A stretch of DNA of 64,000 bases from Macrostomum hystrix. Taxonomy: Eukaryota; Animalia; Platyhelminthes. The stretch covers positions 7,130,001-7,194,000 of the forward strand of contig CATNEN010000007.1 of NCBI GenBank assembly GCA_950097015.1. The letters are read 5' to 3'. The position numbers and the translations under genes were made by a program. Below are positions 25,561 to 37,100 of this stretch, one piece after another; within the stretch, counting starts at the first letter, position 1, and each line of letters begins with the position of its first letter. Under the pieces are notes generated by a model. That model had not been told where the DNA came from. It made no database searches and was given only the letters and a program-made list of their open reading frames with translations.

Positions 25561-27648
25561 ATGGATTTGGAGTATCGGCTGGCCACAGTCGACGACAAAG
25601 CTCGTGTGTCCGTCTGCCACGGCGGCGAGGTTGGAACCATATATAGCGGATTGGACTATCTAGTCCAACGATACGAGAGCGCATTGAGCAGCCGGAATAA
25701 AATCTGCGGCCTCTGCTTTGACAGAACCGCTGGTATTGTTGTGAGTTTGTGGCCCTCAATTTAAACGTCATCTCCATGCGAACTCGTTCTGAAATGTCTC
25801 AAAATATCAAATGTCTTTAACAGTAGAAGAAACACGGGGGGTATTTCAAATACCCACAATATATCCCAAAATATTCACCAATCGCCATGGAAATCCAGGA
25901 CACGGGCTAAAATTTTCCACTCTATCCGATTAAACAACTTCAAGAATCACAAAACATCGGCATCGTCAAGATATTCACCGATTCTCGTCGGAGTGTCTGT
26001 TGGCAAGAACCACAAATATAGGCATATTTTTTCTCCTCACAAAATTTCATCATTTCAAAATTTTTATCCATATGGTGGACTTTCACGAAAATCGGTCATT
26101 CGGTCATCGGTTTGGGAGCTATTGTGAAGTAGGTATTTGCGAACTTTCTAACTTTCTGGTCTTTCTAATGTTAAGACTGAGACAAAAGCATGAGGTTTCG
26201 ACGAGGAACTAACTGTAAAATGCTGGTAGTAATTCATTCATCTTGAAAGCGTCAAACAATCGTGTCACACAGGTGGGCTACGGGCAAATATTTGTATTTG
26301 ACAACGAGAGGCACATGCTGCTGACAGCGCTGCGCGTTCATCAGTTCTACCAGGGCCGGGGCATCGCCACCGAGCTGCGCAACTTCCTATGCCGGGAGGC
26401 GCGCAAGAAATTTCCTAACGTAACACCGGAAGTTAGATTCGGCGTCTACAAACCGCAGTTCAGCAGCGTCGACTTCTACGCCCAGAATCCCGACTATGAG
26501 ATGATTTCCAAGAGGGTAAGTCAGCCTTCTGCCTAATTACCGTTATCGTTTCGATCATGCATAATTTGATCGCATATGACAGAATTCTAAAAGGCCTTGT
26601 AAACAGATGTGCTAACTCCGTATCTATTGACCGAATGTTGACAAATGAATTAACAACCATGCATTGCAGCACTACTATCTGGTAAGGCTTGGTTGACCTC
26701 TCCTGTCTGTGACTTCATCGGTAAAGTAAATTTTTCTGTAAATATTTTCATGCGCAGGTAAGTCATGGACTGTGACGCAATGCGAAATTTTCCTTGCAGA
26801 CAGAATTTCCCCTGTCACAGCTTCGTCAACTTCGAGAGGCCGTCTGTCAGCAGAAGCCTGAGCAGGAGGCTCAGCAAGCTGTTTGGACAACCCGCAGACG
26901 CCTCTACGCCACCATGCTGGACGACGGAGCCTTTCAGAGGCTGTACAGAGGCTCGACCATCGCAATTAACTTCGAGGTTCTTGAGTTGGACGCTTCCAAC
27001 CTGGACCTGCTTCCTGGGCACAGCGGCAGCGGAGAGAGAGACACCGAGCCATCCAGCGCAATCGTTGCCATGGGCGACGGTCAGCTGCTGCTGGCTTTTG
27101 GCTGCAACCTGTACTGCCGTCGCGGCATGCGAGCCGATGTTGATCTGTACTGCAACGGGCTTGACAGAGGTGGGATTTCCAATGCTCCTGAAAACTTCAG
27201 CGCCCAATTTCCTCAATGTCTTGAGAAAGGCCAGTTGTCTAAACCATTCCAAAGCCTTAGTGCAACCTCATCTACTTGTACTTCATCCTTGTGGGCTGTT
27301 CTGGTTTCTGACTGTGGTCGCTATTTTTCACTACCAATTTTTACCACAGCCGACTTCTCGCCCGAAGCCCTATCCAAAGCGTCAGCTCGCACAGTGCTGG
27401 AGTTACTGGCCCGCCTGCTGACGACCGAGGAAGACCGTCTGTCTGGAATGCCCGACAAGTCGCTGTCGCTGTTCGTATCATTGGATTGCTACAACCGACA
27501 CATCGTCGGTCCCTGTGCGGACTGCGACCTGGAGCAACGACTGGCCGCCTGCCTTCGGGACCGCATCAGCGACAGCCTGACTCTTGCGCACCCGTACTAC
27601 AACGCCGGCTGCCCGTATGCTCTGCTGAAGAGACGCGTGCCTCTCTGA
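25561..27648 (+). CDS. NAT16: GNAT-family N-acetyltransferase, NAT16/histidine N-acetyltransferase-like (~363 aa)
   Basis: Exons 25561-25740, 26273-26515, 26800-27169 and 27350-27648 are phase-consistent. Contains the IYSGLDYLVQRY motif (NAT16-type IYGGLDYL) and the acetyl-CoA motif A LRVHQFYQGRGIA. Probable 5'UTR donor at 25341. Confidence 0.78.
25817..26010 (+). mobile_element. MITE family B fragment in a NAT16-like intron
   Basis: Starts TTAACAGTAGA; homologous, in inverted orientation, to ~43280-43470. Confidence 0.6.
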
Positions 27649-28019
27649 ACTGGGCCTAGACACTACTGAGACCTCATTGAGACACTCATCCGATCATCTT
27701 GGCCATTGTTAGCCTTATAGAGAAACTGTCGAATGCAGAAGTATCTCAATGTCAAGCTAGAGCAGTATTTCCGCTCTTCTCACGTTTTGAGTCTAATGTA
27801 CGAGGAGCCACTTGAGCTCATTCAATAAGTTGGCGCTACTGTACTAGCCCGCAAGAAATTACTACAGACAGTTTTCTCTGCATAAATACGGTCTTGCACT
27901 TTAACAAGTACGCGCGTCAGGCCATAAATTGTCATAGACCAATCAATGCCCGGTAAGTTTTTTCCGCATGTACCAATATGGATATGCTGCTTGATATCAC
28001 TAATATTGTGTGATTTTGA

Positions 28020-30240
28020 TATGTTTTTATCATAGACACTCAAGCCGTGCAACAATGATATAGTAATAAACGGCTATGAGTGCTGCAACCGAGGGCGCGT
28101 AGCGCCCGAGGTTTAAAACTTTGCAGTACGAATAGCCGTTTATCACTGGCATTGTATACTTTTGGACCACAGACAGTTGGGGCGTGCAACAATCAGTCTC
28201 ACGGAGCGGATATAGCCAGCGGTCTCGCGGGGCGTGCAGCAATCGATTATTTTGTCGATTGGTGCACGCCCGAAATGTCTATGGTCCAAAAGTAGACCGC
28301 CTGACTTAGGGCAGCAAGAGAACTCAGTTTGGGGAAGGCTGTAAGACAGCGAGACGAGCCGCTGGGGTTCGGGACATAGACAGTAAAGGCGTGCAACAAT
28401 CAGGCTTCATTGGTGGCTGGGAAAAAACCCCTCCAAAAGTGTACAATGAAGGTTACCAAATATAGCAAGATTTTAGCGTCAGCATGCAACAATCATGCGT
28501 TGGTGCACGCTCGAAATGTCTGTGGTAAAATCTCGGTATTAAGAAGCTTAAAGTAGAGCGAATTAGTTTATTTATTTAAGTTCGCACTGATTTAGCAATT
28601 TACAATAGAACTGCATTTCATTCGACTTTTAAAATGATTTACGACGCGTCTTCTGGCGAGCGAATCGGGTTAATCCACATGTCACAAGGAGACGTCGTTG
28701 GCGCCTCCTCAACAGAAGTTCATGAGCGCACTGAACGAGAGGGCATCATGCAGGCTATGTTAGATGATATTGCTCATCTTAGCGCTGGAGAACTCGAATA
28801 CATGCTCTGTGGCGATACCGCAGAAGATGATCTTCTGAAGGAATTGGATCTTTTACAGTTAGACAACACGTCAAAATCCGTTTTGAAGCAAGAAGAATGG
28901 GCGATAAAAAGATTTCGCGACGTCCTTTCCAATAAGAACTACTTTATCAATCTGGAGACGGCCGAAATTCAGCAGCTTGTAACAGCATTGCGAATTTTCT
29001 ACGCGTTTGTGCGCAAGGTTGATGGTGGACTGTATGCGCCTGCCTCGTTAATTACAGCTCGTGCCGGTCTGTATCGGTATATTAGTCGCTTACGCGATAT
29101 AAACATTATTGCAAGGCAGGTGGTAGTGTGAAGCAGTTTGCTACAATTGTGCCGGAAGATTTAGCGAAGCTACATGTCTACTTTGATAGAAGTACACCAA
29201 CAATATTGCAACAAGAGATGTACTTCGTTTGGCTGTACATTTTGTTCTGCGTGGACGAGAGTGGCTGCGCAAGCTGACTGTCGATTATATTAAGAGTAAC
29301 AATCAATGGGCTTCGCGCTTTCAAACTAGCCTCTATGGAAACTAAAAATGTTCGGGGCAGTTTAGAGACGCGAACTTCCGAAGATCGCAAACAGAGCGTG
29401 CTTGTTGAAACTAACGAGGATCGTTGTCCCTACGAGTGCGTGGAGCTATACTTAAAAAAGATCGAAGAGGCGAAGTTATCCGAAGGTGTCTCGACTGCTA
29501 CGTTGTTTCTCCGACCTAGAGTGCGCGGTCTAGACAACTCGTGGTTTTATGCCAAGCAGATGGTCGGCATCAACACCCTCGGTAACATGATGCGTGCTGT
29601 TTCCGAAGCAGCTAACCTGAGTAAAGCCTATACGGGACACTGTGTTCGAGTTACGCTTGTCACCGAGTTAAACGCGGCAAAAGTTCCCCTGCGGGATATT
29701 TGCGCTGTTACGGGACACAAAAGTGAAGGATCCGTGGAACGATATATTCGTCATGGCAGAAAGCGCGATGCTGACATGGCTGCGTTGTCTTCGACAATTA
29801 GTTCAATTGGAGTACCCAAAATCACAGCTACGGATACTGCTAGTGATGCTCCTCTTATAACAGCCGACCAATCCGTCAGTATGGTGTCAGCGAGGGATGC
29901 TCAGCAGCCAACATCCCGAATGGAACCGCAACAGAATCTAGCAACTGCTATTTCTGGTACATTTCACAATTGCCAGTTCCATGTTCACATCAATAATCGT
30001 CAGTTAGTTGAATTTAATATAATAACAATTTAATTGAAAATGTAAAACTTGTAGTTTTGCTCTGATTCAGTACACGCTTATGTTGAAAAGTACATTTGTT
30101 ACTGTTTGTATTATTGTGTGCTACGTGATGTAATAAAAATTAAAATATATTCCTTTGAGAAGTTTTACCATAGACATTTGAAGCGTGCAACAATAAGCCT
30201 CGATTGGTATACCCCTAAAAACTCCTTAAAAATGATACAA
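28020..30240 (+). mobile_element. Crypton-like tyrosine-recombinase DNA transposon (boundaries approximate; may extend to ~31920)
   Basis: Recombinase pseudogene flanked by a 32-bp inverted repeat (28499-28530 / 30163-30194), repeated CAYAGACA-N7-CGTGCAMCAA motifs and hairpins. Confidence 0.7.
28634..30033 (+). pseudogene. Crypton/DUF3504-type tyrosine recombinase, disrupted by frameshifts
   Basis: N-terminal part LRIFYAFVRKVDGGLYAPASLITARAGLYRYI. After a frame change near 29113: KAGGSVKQFATIVPEDLAKLHVYFDRSTPTILQQEMYF. After a shift near 29238: FVLRGREWLRKL. After a shift near 29300: METKNVRG...CPYECVELY...GINTLGNMM...YTGHCVR...TGHKSEGSVERY. The catalytic R-K-HxxR-H-Y set is present. Confidence 0.85.
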
Positions 30241-30309
30241 ATAGACCGGAAATAGACAGATTCGATGGTCTAAACGATTGTTTATATATTACAAATTAGA
30301 TTCTCGCCT

Positions 30310-30530
30310 TTTTTATACCAAGAGGGGAGGGAAATCCCCCCTGAAAATTATTTTTGCTGCAGCCGAACGGGCAATGCAAGAACACAAAACTCAAGAACAC
30401 GGAACAACTTTTTGTTGCGCACCTTCTGAAACAATAATCAAGTCGCCAGCTCTTCAGATCGTCGAGAAATTCAATGGTCTCAATGGAAAATTCAATTTTC
30501 CCATAAGAGCCAGTGTATTGCATACAGCAA
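30310..30530 (+). mobile_element. MITE family A partial copy
   Basis: Aligns by eye to 4130-4310 (caagaacacgg...aagtcgccagctct...cccataag). Confidence 0.65.
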
Positions 30531-30859
30531 CAACAACAACAACAAAAATACGGTGTCAAGATAGAAAAAGGCAGCGTCACAATGCGTGCTTCAGAGCCTG
30601 GGCGTCAACAACGGCCGCACCGCCAGCAGAGTCCGGGGCGCCAGCATCAGCCAGCAGGCAATCGACGAAACGCCAATACACAAGTTGGCAAGGCAGCGAT
30701 AGTGCCTGCATCATCTCCGACTTCTGCACCCCAAGAAAACAAGGTAACTCTTGAAAATCTTAAAGACAAAACTTTTTTCTACGAGTTTTTGCCATAGAGA
30801 TTGACAGCACGACAGCGGGCGCGAAATTAAGTTATTATTTACTATATAGACATTCCACT

Positions 30860-31486
30860 TTAACAGTAGGACTACCAAGCCATTTTGCCGCCCGTTTTTA
30901 TAACAAGGGGGGGAATTTCCCCCCCCCCCCTGAAAATGTTTTTGCCAGCGCCTGAATGCTGTGGGGGTGACTGATTGGTTGACAGACTAGTCGAGGGTGT
31001 CCTGTGGTTGAGCTGCGCCTAATAGTTAGGCTTGAACAGTGAAATTGGAGAAATTCGCGTCAGGGTGTCCATAGTGACCTAGTTCCACCTGTTGTAGCTC
31101 TTGAAGGTCTAGAATCTGGATAGATAAGAGAGATAGATCTAGATAAAGGTCGGTGACCGCCGAAGTCGGAGATGATGCAAGCACATTCGGGTGACATGCT
31201 GATAAAGTTTGAAGGTCTGGAAAGGCCGCACTGAGGCGCAGTGCAAATTCGTGAATAAGGGTGTATGAAATACACTAGCTCTTATGGGACAAATCGTACC
31301 TTCGGCCAGAAACATTGAATATCTCGACGGTCTGAAGAGCTGGCGACTTGTTTCTTGTTTCAGAAGATGCGCAACAAAAAGTTGGCCCGTGTTCTTGAGT
31401 TTCGTGTGCTTGCGTTGTTCCGTTCGGGTGCAGCAAAAAAAATTGTCGGGGGGGGGAATTCCTCCCCTTGGTAGTTCTACTGTTAA
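30860..31486 (-). mobile_element. Complete MITE family A copy with terminal inverted repeats, TTAA at both ends
   Basis: TTAACAGTAGGACTACCAAG (30860-30879) versus CTTGGTAGTTCTACTGTTAA (31467-31486): 19/20 inverted match. Confidence 0.85.
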
Positions 31487-31705
31487 TGCACACTCAATTT
31501 ACTGCATTTAAAAATATAATGTAATGCCCGTTAACAGCACGGAAATGCATTAACAGCACGTTTTTATGTTGCAACGAATCGGGTTTGACCATAGACATTC
31601 GACAAAAATGCACAAAATTTATTACATTTATTTATTTAGAGGGCTGAAACGAGGTAAAACGTCGAGGCGCTGCGCGCCAATCCAGCCTATCCATATTAAA
31701 TAGCT

Positions 31706-31921
31706 TTGTAGTTAGCCTACGCATGTTGAAACGAGGTTGAAACTAACCGCAGCCCGCCCGCTGCTGTTGTCTATGGTCGCAGACCTCGAATTCCACTCAT
31801 TTTGACCCTCAAATCCATAGACAGAACTATTTGTTGTCTATGGTCGAATTCCATAGACAACAGCAGAGGGCGATCAGCCGTTAGTTTCAACCTCGTTTCA
31901 ACATGCGTAGGCTAACTACAA
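31706..31921. repeat. ~215-bp palindrome/foldback (arms ~70 bp)
   Basis: TTGTAGTTAGCCTACGCATGTTGAAACGAGGTTGAAACTAAC is paired with GTTAGTTTCAACCTCGTTTCAACATGCGTAGGCTAACTACAA; inner CTGCTGTTGTCTATGG / CCATAGACAACAGCAG. Confidence 0.9.
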
Positions 31922-32856
31922 TGGCATTTCGCGACTCGACCGTTTTGCTCATTCCTGCAGCCATTTGGCAGGGTCAAATTTAAATCGGAGATTAAGCTAA
32001 AATCTGCTGCTATCCGAATCAGACAATAATGAATCGAAAATTCTGCTTGAGTTTAGAGCAAGAGAAGAAATCCGAACTCGCCCTCTAGACACGCAGCGCC
32101 GAATTGTTTTTTATTATTGCGATAGCAAATGCGGAAGTCTGGGAAAAATCTGTGATGGGAGTAGGAAGGGCGGCCTGTGCAAATGCTAATTCCAATCTTC
32201 CTATGCATTTTCGGCTGCCTCTCGCCAACTGAAAATAGCTCTGGGTGGTTTGCAGCGGAAGAAGCAACGGGAAACGAAGGAACGGAAGCCCGCTGGAACT
32301 GTAGCGGCTCATGAAAAATGGGCATGGGGATGGGGGCTTTGGCCTCAATCTGGAGCGCCTACTGGAGGAGGGGAAAAGGAAAAAAACTGGTACGGGATTC
32401 GAATAGCAGACACCGCGCGACATACCAATAGCCACCGCAGTTGGAGACTGCGAGCGGTGCATGCTGGTGGCGAGTATATTTTTAGAAGCAAACTATTTAT
32501 TAAAAGAAAAAATATACAAGTATAACTTCTCTTTTAGACATACACAATGCCCGAGAACCGTGCGCAGAATTATACACCATCCATTCATTACATCGTGGAA
32601 AGTGGTGGAAGCGTGGAAAGAATTAACAAATGCTTATACGGAGTGGCCGCTGAATCATCGGGAATCGGAATCGGAAAATGCAGGAATTCATTTCTTATAG
32701 CTGATTAATTGGGGCAGGCCGTGCCAGCAACGGGAAATGGGAAAATGAGAGGACTGAAGCACCGGTAGCAGCACAATTGATGACTCACTGAGTCATTTTT
32801 GGCCGAAAATTTAGTCCATCGTACTATGTATTAAAAAATCGGTATTTAGATAAAAG

Positions 32857-32857
<1 letters not shown>

Positions 32858-32902
<45 letters not shown>
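32858..32902. repeat. (ATCT)n microsatellite
   Basis: Directly visible. Confidence 0.95.
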
Positions 32903-34137
32903 GTTATGTAAACAAACCTGGCACTTGCCGAGACGCACGGAGATGTGATCTCAAGGGATCACGCAGAGTGGCCAGCTACTCCGCAGTCTCTTTGCTGACT
33001 CATCCTTCATGCAGTTTCCGTCCAATTTTAGGCCACTTTGATTCCTGCCTAATGTGCAGTGCTTTTCTGTTTACCTACCGCCCGTGCCTACAGGGATTGC
33101 TTTATTACTGAAGGACTCATCCTCCTGCCCCTGACGCGCGCATCTCAGATCGAATTCCACCCCACCCCGCTCCGCACGCCAGCCGGTGCCGCCTCGCCGG
33201 CTTATCTCAGCGTCAGCTTTCGCCAGCTCTGCTCACCGTATCTTATTGGCCTGCTCAGCCGCCCCTGCTGCTTACTTTGCCTGTTTGCGCAGCCATCACG
33301 GCCTGGCAGCAGCCGTGCGTGGGGCTCGGCGTTGAACTCGAAACTCAGATTTCGCTATTTGACATCGATTGCAATGCAAAAATAGGCGGAAGCTTACAAA
33401 CCTGATCCGGGATGTGGAATTCAGGTCCAGATAGATTTTATTCTGGTAGATTTCACTGCCATGGTATCTGGGCAACCTGCCGGACTCACCAGCTCGCAAT
33501 CACAGTAGATTCCCAACTGCAGATTGACCCATTCAGTTTGACCCATTCAGATTGACCCATTCAGAGGCTGACCCATTCGCATCGAATCACTGGAGCACTG
33601 AAATCTGGTATGTGGCGAGCCAGTTGATAGCCGAACTGAGTTGGCATCATTTCAGTCTTCGTCTCCATGCAGTCTCAATCACAGGCGCCGCCACCAGTCC
33701 GAATCCCAAATCCAGCTCCAAATTCTCCTTTCCTACTTCCCTCTCGGCTGCTGGCTCCGCCATCCTCGGTGGGCAGCCGGTTGGGACACTCCGCGGCCGA
33801 GGGTGGGACCGCGTGGGGGTTGGCGGTCGAAATAGGATGCGAAAGAAGGGCGAATTAAGGGAGGCGCAGGGCCAGGGGATAAGGCCAGGGAGAGAGGGGA
33901 AGGCGGGAGTTGCTGGGGCATAAGTAGGAATCCCGGGGACAGGTTTCTCGGCGGCGCGAAAGTAAAATTCGCTGGAAATTCAGGCCAAGCTAGGAATCAG
34001 TGCGCTCTTCACGGAGAGCTTCTTGTCGGCCGCACCTGAAGCTGAGCAGGCTCCGCTGAGTACAGTGTGAGTAACGCTGTCCGCTATCACTGATTGTGGG
34101 CACAGTACACCACTGTATGCTTATATGCTGGTATTCA

Positions 34138-37100
34138 GGATGAGATGGGACGAGGATGAGTAGGCATGAGTGGGATGGTTGGAGGATGAGATGGGATGGT
34201 AGGAGGATGAGATGGGATGGTAGGAGGATGAGATGGGATGGTAGGAGGATGAGATGGGATGGTAGGAGGATGAGATGGGATGGTAGGAGGATGAGATGGG
34301 ATGGTAGGATGATGGGATGGTAGGATGATGGGTTGGTAGGATGATGGGATGGCAGGATGATGGGATGGTAGGATGATGGGTTGGTAGGATAATGGGATGG
34401 TAGGATGATGGGATGGTAGGATGATGGGATGGTAGGATGATGAGTTGGTAGGATGATGGGATGGTAGGATGAAAGGGATGGTATGAGGATGAGATAGGAT
34501 GGTAGGATGATGGGATGGTAGGATGATGGGATGGTAGGATGATGGGATGGTAGGATGATGGGATGGTAGGATGAAAGGGATGGTATGAGGATGAGATAGG
34601 ATGGTAGGATGATGGGATGGTAGGATGATGGGTTGGTAGGATGATGGGATGGTAGGATGATGGGATGGTAGGATGAAAGGGATGGTATGAGGATGAGATA
34701 GGATGGTAGGATGATGGGATGGTAGGATGATGGGTTGGTAGGATGATGGGATGGTAGGATGATGGGATGGTAGGAGGATGAGATGGGATGGTAGGAGGAT
34801 GGGTTGGTAGGATGATGAGTTGGTAGGATGATGGGATGGTAGGATGAAAGGGATGGTATGAGGATGAGATAGGATGGTAGGATGATGGGATGGTAGGATG
34901 ATGGGATGGTAGGATGATGGGATGGTAGGATGATGGGTTGGTAGGATGATGGGATGGTAGGATGATGGGATGGTAGGATGATGGGTTGGTAGGATGATGG
35001 GATGGTAGGATGATGGGATGGTAGGAGGATGAGATGGGATGGTAGGAGGATGGGTTGGTAGGATGATGAGTTGGTAGGATGATGGGATGGTAGGATGAAA
35101 GGGTTGGTATGAGGATGAGATAGGATGGTAGGATGATGGGATGGTAGGATGATGGGATGGTAGGATGAAAGGGATGGTATGAGGATGAGATAGGATGGTA
35201 GGATGATGGGATGGTAGGATGATGGGATGGTAGGATGATGGGATGGTAGGATGATGGGATGGTAGGATGATGGGATGGTAGGAGGATGAGATAGGATGGT
35301 AGAATGATGGGTTGGTAGGATGATGGGTTGGTAGGATGATGGGATGGTAGGATGATGGGATGGTAGGATGATGGGATGGTAGGATGATGGGATGGTAGAA
35401 TGATGGGATGGTAGGATGATGGGTTGGTAGGATGATGGGATGGTAGGATGATGGGATGATAGGATGATGGGATGGTAGGATGATGGGTTGGTAGGATGAT
35501 GGGATGGTAGGATGATGGGATGGTAGGATGATGGGATGGTAGGATGATGGGTTGGTAGGATGATGAGTTGGTAGGATGATGGGATGGTAGGATGAAAGGG
35601 ATGGTATGAGGATGAGATAGGATGGTAGGATGATGGGATGGTAGGATGATGGGATGGTAGGATGATGGGATGGTAGGATGATGGGATGGTAGGATGATGG
35701 GATGGTAGGATGATGGGATGGTAGGATGATGGGATGGTAGAATGATGGGATGGTAGGATGATGGGTTGGTAGGATGATGGGATGGTAGGATGAAAGGGAT
35801 GGTATGAGGATGAGATAGGATGGTAGGATGATGGGATGGTAGGATGATGGGATGGTAGGATGATGGGATGGTAGGATGATGGGTTGGTAGGATGATGGGA
35901 TGGTAGGATGATGGGATGGTAGGATGATGGGTTGGTAGGATGATGGGATGGTAGGATGATGGGATGGTAGGAGGATGAGATGGGATGGTAGGAGGATGGG
36001 TTGGTAGGATGATGAGTTGGTAGGATGATGGGATGGTAGGATGAAAGGGTTGGTATGAGGATGAGATAGGATGGTAGGATGATGGGATGGTAGGATGATG
36101 GGATGGTAGGATGAAAGGGATGGTATGAGGATGAGATAGGATGGTAGGATGATGGGATGGTAGGATGATGGGATGGTAGGATGATGGGATGGTAGGATGA
36201 TGGGATGGTAGGATGATGGGATGGTAGGAGGATGAGATAGGATGGTAGGATGATGGGATGGTAGGATGATGGGATGGTAGGATGATGGGATGGTAGGATG
36301 ATGGGATGGTAGGATGAAAGGGATGGTATGAGGATGAGATAGGATGGTAGGATGATGGGATGGTAGGATGATGGGTTGGTAGGATGATGGGATGGTAGGA
36401 TGATGGGATGGTAGGATGAAAGGGATGGTATGAGGATGAGATAGGATGGTAGGATGATGGGATGGTAGGATGATGGGTTGGTAGGATGATGGGATGGTAG
36501 GATGATGGGATGGTAGGAGGATGAGATGGGATGGTAGGAGGATGGGTTGGTAGGATGATGAGTTGGTAGGATGATGGGATGGTAGGATGAAAGGGATGGT
36601 ATGAGGATGAGATAGGATGGTAGGATGATGGGATGGTAGGATGATGGGATGGTAGGATGATGGGATGGTAGGATGATGGGTTGGTAGGATGATGGGATGG
36701 TAGGATGATGGGATGGTAGGATGATGGGTTGGTAGGATGATGGGATGGTAGGATGATGGGATGGAAGGAGGATGAGATGGGATGGTAGGAGGATGGGTTG
36801 GTAGGATGATGAGTTGGTAGGATGATGGGATGGTAGGATGAAAGGGTTGGTATGAGGATGAGATAGGATGGTAGGATGATGGGATGGTAGGATGATGGGA
36901 TGGTAGGATGAAAGGGATGGTATGAGGATGAGATAGGATGGTAGGATGATGGGATGGTAGGATGATGGGATGGTAGGATGATGGGATGGTAGGATGATGG
37001 GATGGTAGGATGATGGGATGGTAGGAGGATGAGATAGGATGGTAGAATGATGGGTTGGTAGGATGATGGGTTGGTAGGATGATGGGATGGTAGGATGATG

